This document shows positions 58,202-64,000 of a DNA stretch of 64,000 bases, in pieces; position 1 is the stretch's first letter; each line of letters starts with the position of its first letter. The stretch is from a virus. Taxonomy: Duplodnaviria > Caudoviricetes. The translations under genes were made by a program, and so were the position numbers. The DNA lies in IMG/VR virus record IMGVR_UViG_3300010885_021377, positions 1 to 64,000 of that record; one strand, 5' to 3'. The notes under the pieces were generated by a model. It was given only the letters and a program-made list of their open reading frames with translations. It searched no databases and had not been told where the DNA came from.

Positions 58202-58846
58202 ATGAATATAAAGGAATGGATAATTTCTAATTTAGATATTTCTTCTATTGTTTTGGAGGCAGGAACTTGCGAAGGATTAGATACTGAATTCTTTTCAAAT
58301 TATTTTATAAAAGGATTCGTATATGGATTTGAACCTATACCAGATTTATATAATAAAGCATATATAAGAAATTCTCATAAACCAAATGTGAAATTATTTA
58401 ATTGTGCATTAGGAGACAAGACACAAAAGGTTAAAATTCATGTTAGTGATAGATTTAATGAATCTTGGGGATCATCATCAATTTTACCCCCCAAAAAACA
58501 CTTATCAGATCATCCACAAATAACCTTTAAAAAAACTATAGAAATTGATTGTATAAATTTAGATGATTGGATGTCAGATAAAAATATACCAAAAATAGAT
58601 TTAATGTGGTTAGATATGCAAGGATATGAACCAGTTATGTTAAAATTTTCTATTAATAGTCTTCTTAAAGTTAGATATTTATATACAGAAGTTTCTTTAA
58701 CTGAATTATATGATGGTATTATATTGTATCCAGAATATAAAAAGTTTTTATTATCCAATGGATTCGAAGTAATATTCGAAGATTTACCTTGGGAAAATGG
58801 GGGAAATGTTCTTTTTAAAAATATAAAATTAAATGAAACCCGATAA
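58202..58846 (+). CDS. FkbM-family SAM methyltransferase
   Basis: VLEAGTCEG, YGFEPIP, LFNCALG, IDLMWLDMQGYE, YTEV. Confidence 0.88.
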   Translation: MNIKEWIISNLDISSIVLEAGTCEGLDTEFFSNYFIKGFVYGFEPIPDLYNKAYIRNSHKPNVKLFNCALGDKTQKVKIHVSDRFNESWGSSSILPPKKHLSDHPQITFKKTIEIDCINLDDWMSDKNIPKIDLMWLDMQGYEPVMLKFSINSLLKVRYLYTEVSLTELYDGIILYPEYKKFLLSNGFEVIFEDLPWENGGNVLFKNIKLNETR

Positions 58847-59540
58847 AATATATATAATTCACTATACTAAATTAAAAGACCGATATAATCATATCTCCAG
58901 CTTTTTTGATAGTTGTAAGATTCCTTATGAATTTATACTGGATAATGATCAAGAAGATCTCACACCAAAAATTTTAGATCAATATTACAAGCCAAATAAA
59001 GAAGAGTACGAAAACCGAATTTCCAAATTATGGGATGTAAATATACATAAATTTAGGTATCTTAATAAAGCTGAAATATCTTGTACTATTAAACATATAA
59101 CAGCTATAAAAAAAATATCTTCAGAATGTCCAAATTATGGATTAATATTAGAAGATGATGCAATATTTTATGATAATTTTAATAAACAATTTGATAAATG
59201 CTTGAATCAAACCCCAGATGATTGGGATTCTATTTTTCTAGGAGATGGATGTGGAGTTAATTTTAAAAGTTCAAAACTTTTAAATAGTAAAAAAGTAAAT
59301 GATAATGTATATTTAATGGCACATCCAGCAACAAATTGTGCGGAAGCATATTTATTAAAACCTTCTATTGCAGAAAAAATATCAAACAGTATAATACCAT
59401 TCCAAAATGTTTCAGATTGGGAAATTGCTTACCAATTATATTTACACGATGCTAAAACTTATTGGTGGAATCCGTCGTTAGTTACACAAGGTTCTAGAAA
59501 TGGGAAATTTGAATCTACTTTAGATCAAGGACAAAGATAA
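58833..59540 (+). CDS. GT25-like glycosyltransferase
   Basis: AEISCTIKH, LILEDDA, WDSIFLG, AEAYLL. Confidence 0.8.
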   Translation: MKPDKIYIIHYTKLKDRYNHISSFFDSCKIPYEFILDNDQEDLTPKILDQYYKPNKEEYENRISKLWDVNIHKFRYLNKAEISCTIKHITAIKKISSECPNYGLILEDDAIFYDNFNKQFDKCLNQTPDDWDSIFLGDGCGVNFKSSKLLNSKKVNDNVYLMAHPATNCAEAYLLKPSIAEKISNSIIPFQNVSDWEIAYQLYLHDAKTYWWNPSLVTQGSRNGKFESTLDQGQR

Positions 59541-59575
59541 CTTGAAAATAACTATAATTAATATAAATAACTGAT

Positions 59576-60082
59576 ATGGCTGCTGGAATAGGATTAATAG
59601 ATTTGATACAAAACAATAAATTTAATGTTGGATTAGAAATTGGAGTTTCTTTGGGTTCTACTACAGAAATATTATTAAGATCTATACCTAATTTAAAATT
59701 GTTTGGAGTTGATCCATATATGTATTATATAGACTGGAATGGGAATGAAATAATAGATAACGATGAATATATGAATACCATGTTAAATGCTATCAAACCA
59801 TATAACGAAAGATTTGTTCATATTAGGAAAACATCAGATGATGCTGTTTTAGATTTTGAAAATGAATCTTTGGATTTTATATTTATCGATGGAGTACACA
59901 CGTATGATCAGGTTAAAAAAGATTGCGAAAATTTTTATCCGAAATTAAAGAAAAATGGTTTATTTTCTGGTCATGATTATAACGCTATTTCAGTAGTGAG
60001 AAATGCTGTGGACGATTTTAAAAAAACTGTAAATAAAGATTTAAGTTTTACTAATAATGATGTTTGGTACTTTTTTAAATGA
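59576..60082 (+). CDS. Class I SAM methyltransferase (Methyltransf_24-like)
   Basis: GLEIGVSLG, LFGVDPY, DFIFIDGVHTY, LFSGHDY. Confidence 0.88.
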   Translation: MAAGIGLIDLIQNNKFNVGLEIGVSLGSTTEILLRSIPNLKLFGVDPYMYYIDWNGNEIIDNDEYMNTMLNAIKPYNERFVHIRKTSDDAVLDFENESLDFIFIDGVHTYDQVKKDCENFYPKLKKNGLFSGHDYNAISVVRNAVDDFKKTVNKDLSFTNNDVWYFFK

Positions 60083-61170
60083 TAAAAGTTGCTTTTATTA
60101 AATTTGCTGGATTAGCGTCAGGAGGAACCGAAAAATATCTTCAATCTTTAGCATGTTTATTACCCAAAGACAGATATAAAGTAGATTATTATTACACTAA
60201 TAATGCCCCAAGATCTAGAGAAACTGGATTTGTGCATCCAGATAATGATCCATCTCGTAAGCTTTTGTTGGAAAATAATGGTATAAAAACTATTCCTATT
60301 CATATTGATATGATGGATATAGAGAGTCCATCAACATGGAACGGTACTGATTTTTGGGAAATCTTTAAAGAATCTGATTATGATTTAATACAAACAGCTA
60401 GAGGTGGATATACTGAATATCCATTTAATTTAATACATAATTGCCCCATAATTGACAGCATTCATAGCTTTCAAGGTGAAGACAAGCCAAACATTAAAAG
60501 AGCTATCCTATTGTGTAAATGGCAGGCTGAAAAATGGGCCGCTAATGGTGGAAATATAAATAAAGCCGTAATTATTCCATCAATAGTAAAAGTTCCAGAA
60601 AAGAAATCTTCTACAATTAGAAAAAAATTAAATATTCCCGAAGATGCATTTGTGTATGGATTTCACCAAGCATCTAGATCTGATATATTTTCTCCAACCT
60701 CAATACAAGCATATTCTATGATCAAAGATAGTAATACACATTTTGTATTATTAGGAGGATGTCAACAACACATAGAAATTGCAAGAAATTTGGGGATTAA
60801 AAATATACATTTTATAAAATTTACAAGTTCAGTAGAAGGCATACATGATTTTTTGGCAGGAATAGATGTGTATGCCCATGCCAGATCAGACGGTGAAGTA
60901 TGTTCTGCTTCGATTATAGAAGCTATGTATCATGGAAAGCCTGTAATATCACATCCAGCCCAAAATATGGGACATCTAGAGCAAATAGATGGTTGTGGAA
61001 AAATGACATATTCGGTAAATGAATACGCAGAAGAAATGAGATTATTAAAAGATAACAAAAATTATTACACAGAAAAATCAGAAAAAACTTTTATAAAATA
61101 CGAAAATTGTTATAATCACCAAAAAATAGAAAATAATATTATAAAAATTTACGATGATTTGTTGTCCTAA
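60079..61170 (+). CDS. GT-B glycosyltransferase (GT4-like)
   Basis: SGGTEKY; DVYAHARSDGEVCSASIIEAMYHGKPVIS. Confidence 0.85.
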   Translation: MIKVAFIKFAGLASGGTEKYLQSLACLLPKDRYKVDYYYTNNAPRSRETGFVHPDNDPSRKLLLENNGIKTIPIHIDMMDIESPSTWNGTDFWEIFKESDYDLIQTARGGYTEYPFNLIHNCPIIDSIHSFQGEDKPNIKRAILLCKWQAEKWAANGGNINKAVIIPSIVKVPEKKSSTIRKKLNIPEDAFVYGFHQASRSDIFSPTSIQAYSMIKDSNTHFVLLGGCQQHIEIARNLGIKNIHFIKFTSSVEGIHDFLAGIDVYAHARSDGEVCSASIIEAMYHGKPVISHPAQNMGHLEQIDGCGKMTYSVNEYAEEMRLLKDNKNYYTEKSEKTFIKYENCYNHQKIENNIIKIYDDLLS

Positions 61171-61209
61171 CGGTAGTTGTTTTTCTTTATAACCTTTGTA
61201 TATAATAAT

Positions 61210-61878
61210 ATGACTTTAGAAGAAAAGATTGATGAAATAGATTTCAGATTAAAAAATGAAGCTAGAATTATTGCTAATTGGGATTATCACGAAGCTTTTC
61301 ATTTGGCTTGTGGTGATGAAGTTAAATTAGACGGTTTATGGATGGAATTTGGTGTTTTTACTGGAAGAAGTTTAGAGCAATTTTCTCGAAAATGTCCTTC
61401 TGTATTATATGGATTTGATTCATTTGAAGGTCTACATGAAAAATGGGATGATAACAACCCAAAAGGAGTTTTTAACTTAAATGGTAAAATCCCACCCGGA
61501 TACATTGTTGGTGATAATCACTCTATGCATGATAGTTCTTTACCATTAAATTGGAAACCTTGGCCTAACAATGTAAAATTAGTAAAAGGATTTTTCGATA
61601 AAACTCTGCCAGTTTTCCTTGAAAAATTCGAAGGAGACGCAGCATTAATTCACATTGATTGTGATTTATATTCATCAACAAAAGACATTTTTAAATATTT
61701 GAAAAATAGGATAAAATCTGGGACTATTATAGTATTTGATGAAATTACAGATTATCCAGATTTCAGATTACATGAAATTAAAGCATTTGCCGAATTTTTA
61801 TTAGAAAGTGGATTTAATTATAACCCATTAATATATCAAAATTTAGGTTGCAGTCAAGGATGTTTTGAAATATTATAA
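61210..61878 (+). CDS. TylF/MycF-like sugar O-methyltransferase
   Basis: MEFGVFTGRS, YGFDSFEGL, LVKGFFDKTLP, IHIDCDLYSST, VFDE; start reassigned to ATG 61210. Confidence 0.8.
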   Translation: MTLEEKIDEIDFRLKNEARIIANWDYHEAFHLACGDEVKLDGLWMEFGVFTGRSLEQFSRKCPSVLYGFDSFEGLHEKWDDNNPKGVFNLNGKIPPGYIVGDNHSMHDSSLPLNWKPWPNNVKLVKGFFDKTLPVFLEKFEGDAALIHIDCDLYSSTKDIFKYLKNRIKSGTIIVFDEITDYPDFRLHEIKAFAEFLLESGFNYNPLIYQNLGCSQGCFEIL

Positions 61879-61896
61879 TTATTATCAATAATTATT

Positions 61897-62457
61897 ATGA
61901 ATAATTATATAAAAACTTATTTCGAAGAAATACAAAAAATAATAAATTTAATAGATAAATCTATTATTGAAATTTTTATAAATAAAATATCTAATATAAA
62001 AAAAAATAATGGTAGATTGTTTATATTGGGTGTTGGTGGTAGTGCTGCTAATGCTAGTCATGCTGTAAATGATTTCAGAAAAATTCTTAATATAGAAACA
62101 TATGCAGTTACCGATAATGTTTCTGAATTAACAGCTAGAATTAATGACGAAAGTTGGGAAGATTCTTATAAGAATAGTTTAAAAGTTAGTAGATTAACAT
62201 TTAATGATGCTGTCCTTATATTCTCTGTAGGTGGAGGATCAGATACAACTTCCAAAAATTTAGTTAATGCAATGAAATATGCAAAAGAATGTGGATCACA
62301 AATTTTAGCAGTAGTAAGTAGAGATGGTGGAATAGCTAAAATATTAGCTGATGCTTGTATTTTAATACCCGTTATTAATGAACAAAGAATTACTGCCCAT
62401 GCGGAAGAATGGCAAGGAATTATTTTACATTTAGTAGTTAATTATTTTAAAAAATAA
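61897..62457 (+). CDS. gmhA: Phosphoheptose isomerase (SIS domain)
   Basis: GVGGSAANASHAVNDF, TARIND, FSVGGGS, EEWQ...HL; context beside transaldolase and HddA. Confidence 0.8.
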   Translation: MNNYIKTYFEEIQKIINLIDKSIIEIFINKISNIKKNNGRLFILGVGGSAANASHAVNDFRKILNIETYAVTDNVSELTARINDESWEDSYKNSLKVSRLTFNDAVLIFSVGGGSDTTSKNLVNAMKYAKECGSQILAVVSRDGGIAKILADACILIPVINEQRITAHAEEWQGIILHLVVNYFKK

Positions 62458-62458
62458 T

Positions 62459-63184
62459 ATGAATATAGATATACAAAAAGAAGCATCACAAAATTATCCA
62501 ACTTGTTTAAATGACGTTTCATTCAATGATGGTCATTTGGGTGGATGTAATGTTAAGGGAGATCCCGGCACAGAATGTCCTAAAATGTGGAAATATATAT
62601 GTGAAAAATATAATATTAAATCTGTTTTAGATGTTGGTTGTGGATTTGGGTTTCATTTAAAATATTTTAAAGATTTTTTAAATTTAAATATTTTTGGAAT
62701 TGAAGGATCTGAAAAGGTACAACAAATTTCATTTTACCCAGACAAAATAGCAGCCCACGATTATACTAAAGGTCCATATTTTTTAGAAGAAAAATTCGAT
62801 TTGTGTTGGTCTGTAGAATTTGTAGAACATGTAAATCATGAATATATACAAAATTTTTTAATTAATTTTTCTAAATGTAAATACTTAATAATGACACATG
62901 GATTACCGGGGCAATCAGGACATAATCACGTAAATTGTCAAGATTCAGATTATTGGATAAATCAATTGGTGAATTATGGATTTCACTTGAATTTAGAAGA
63001 AACTGATAATATTAGAAAATTAGCTATGGAAGATTATAATGATTTTAGGGCATGGCAAAAATTAGATTTTAATAATAGACCAATTAGGGGTGTAGCATGT
63101 CAATATAATTATGATGTAACTTATTTAGAACCTCATGTAGCATTGCATGGATTATTTTTTGAAAATAAAAATTTAATCAAATAA
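62459..63184 (+). CDS. Class I SAM methyltransferase
   Basis: VLDVGCGFG, FDLCWSVEFVEH, GHNHVNCQ. Confidence 0.8.
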   Translation: MNIDIQKEASQNYPTCLNDVSFNDGHLGGCNVKGDPGTECPKMWKYICEKYNIKSVLDVGCGFGFHLKYFKDFLNLNIFGIEGSEKVQQISFYPDKIAAHDYTKGPYFLEEKFDLCWSVEFVEHVNHEYIQNFLINFSKCKYLIMTHGLPGQSGHNHVNCQDSDYWINQLVNYGFHLNLEETDNIRKLAMEDYNDFRAWQKLDFNNRPIRGVACQYNYDVTYLEPHVALHGLFFENKNLIK

Positions 63185-63185
63185 T

Positions 63186-63896
63186 ATGAACATACAAATT
63201 TATGCTGATACTTCTGTTTTAACAGAAATTTTTGATATATACGAAAACAATAAATTAATTAGCGGATTTACCACTAATCCAAGTTTAATGCGTAAAGCAG
63301 GTATAACTAATTATTCTAATTTTATAAAAGAAGTTACGTCAAAGATAACAGATCTTCCGTTTTCTTTCGAAATTTTTGCTGATGAGTTATCTGAAATGGA
63401 ATATCAAATACAGAAAATTTCTGAATATTCAAACAATATATATGTAAAAGTTCCAATAACAAATACAAAAGGGGAATCTACCGTTAATTTAATTAAAAAG
63501 ATGTCAGATAAAGGAATTAAAGTAAATATTACTGCTATATTTACTTTTGAACAAATTTCAGAAATTTTTAATAAATTGAAAAATATTAATTCTTCATTGA
63601 TAATTTCTTTATTTGCTGGTAGAATATCTGATACAGGGATTGATCCATGTGAATTAATATCAGAAACGTCATATAAAATAAAAACGAGCGAAAATAAAAA
63701 TTTAAAATCTTTATGGGCTAGTACCAGATCGGTTTATAATATATACGAAGCTGCTAATAATGGATGTGATATAATAACTGTAACTCCAGATATTTTACCT
63801 AAATTAAAATTAAAAAATAAAGATTTAAATCAATTTTCCTTAGAAACTGTTAAAATGTTTTACGATGATGCTAAAGCATCGAATTTAACTATATGA
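63186..63896 (+). CDS. talC: Transaldolase (short TalC type)
   Basis: IYADT, GFTTNPSL, SFEIF, YVKVP (Schiff-base Lys), NITAIF, SLFAGRI, LWAS. Confidence 0.9.
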   Translation: MNIQIYADTSVLTEIFDIYENNKLISGFTTNPSLMRKAGITNYSNFIKEVTSKITDLPFSFEIFADELSEMEYQIQKISEYSNNIYVKVPITNTKGESTVNLIKKMSDKGIKVNITAIFTFEQISEIFNKLKNINSSLIISLFAGRISDTGIDPCELISETSYKIKTSENKNLKSLWASTRSVYNIYEAANNGCDIITVTPDILPKLKLKNKDLNQFSLETVKMFYDDAKASNLTI

Positions 63897-64000
63897 TATT
63901 AACTAGAACTCCATTAAGAATAACATTGGGTGGTGGTGGTACTGATTTGCCTAGTTTTTACGAAAAACATGGTGGGTTAGTCATTTCAATGGCAATTAAT
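63893..64000 (+). CDS. hddA: 5' end of a GHMP kinase, D-glycero-alpha-D-manno-heptose-7-phosphate kinase-like (not in ORF track)
   Basis: ATG overlaps the tal TGA; translates to MILTRTPLRITLGGGGTDLPSFYEKHGGLVISMAIN and runs off the window. Confidence 0.8.
   Translation, partial: MILTRTPLRITLGGGGTDLPSFYEKHGGLVISMAIN

Noticed and set aside
51483-63896. phoH plus talC as evidence for a cyanobacterial host
   Set aside because: Both occur in non-cyanophages, no photosynthesis genes are present, and talC sits in a heptose context.
1-64000. Alternative genetic code (stop-codon recoding)
   Set aside because: Core genes are full length in the standard code, and TAA, TAG and TGA all terminate genes.
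1-64000. Impression that GATC and CCGG are frequent for so AT-rich a sequence
   Set aside because: Not quantified; it needs a Markov-corrected k-mer count before any claim about methylation or restriction.
1-64000. tRNA or other structured RNA genes
   Set aside because: Intergenic gaps are mostly under 80 bp and no cloverleaf or T-loop motif was seen; tRNAscan/Infernal would be decisive.

Overview
This AT-rich, densely coded window is part of a large T4-like (contractile-tailed) dsDNA bacteriophage genome. From left to right it holds: (1) a tail/baseplate module with tape measure, two gp26-like hub genes, tube-fold genes, an enlarged sheath, gp3, and a large terminase carrying a 134-aa mini-intein (1-12.5 kb); (2) neck gp14 plus an array of fibre/adhesin genes built from RCC1, NHL-propeller, Ig I-set, lectin-like and Big_9 modules (13.6-28.3 kb); (3) a replication/recombination/late-transcription module with primase, clamp, gp32, UvsX, gp43, gp46/47, gp55, UvsW and UvsY, interleaved with two glycosyltransferases and many small late genes (28-54 kb); (4) a ~10 kb glycan island with at least five glycosyltransferase families, four SAM methyltransferases, transaldolase, GmhA and the 5' end of an HddA heptose kinase that the ORF track missed (54.2-64 kb). 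Reading the intergenic DNA shows 24 TAA(A/G)TA-N5-6-start boxes and 11 sigma70-type promoters, most placed for leaderless or near-leaderless mRNAs. It also shows a family of small late proteins with N-termini resembling the T4 capsid-targeting sequence. No tRNA, rRNA or CRISPR array was seen. All functional calls come from motifs recognised by eye; no database searches were run.
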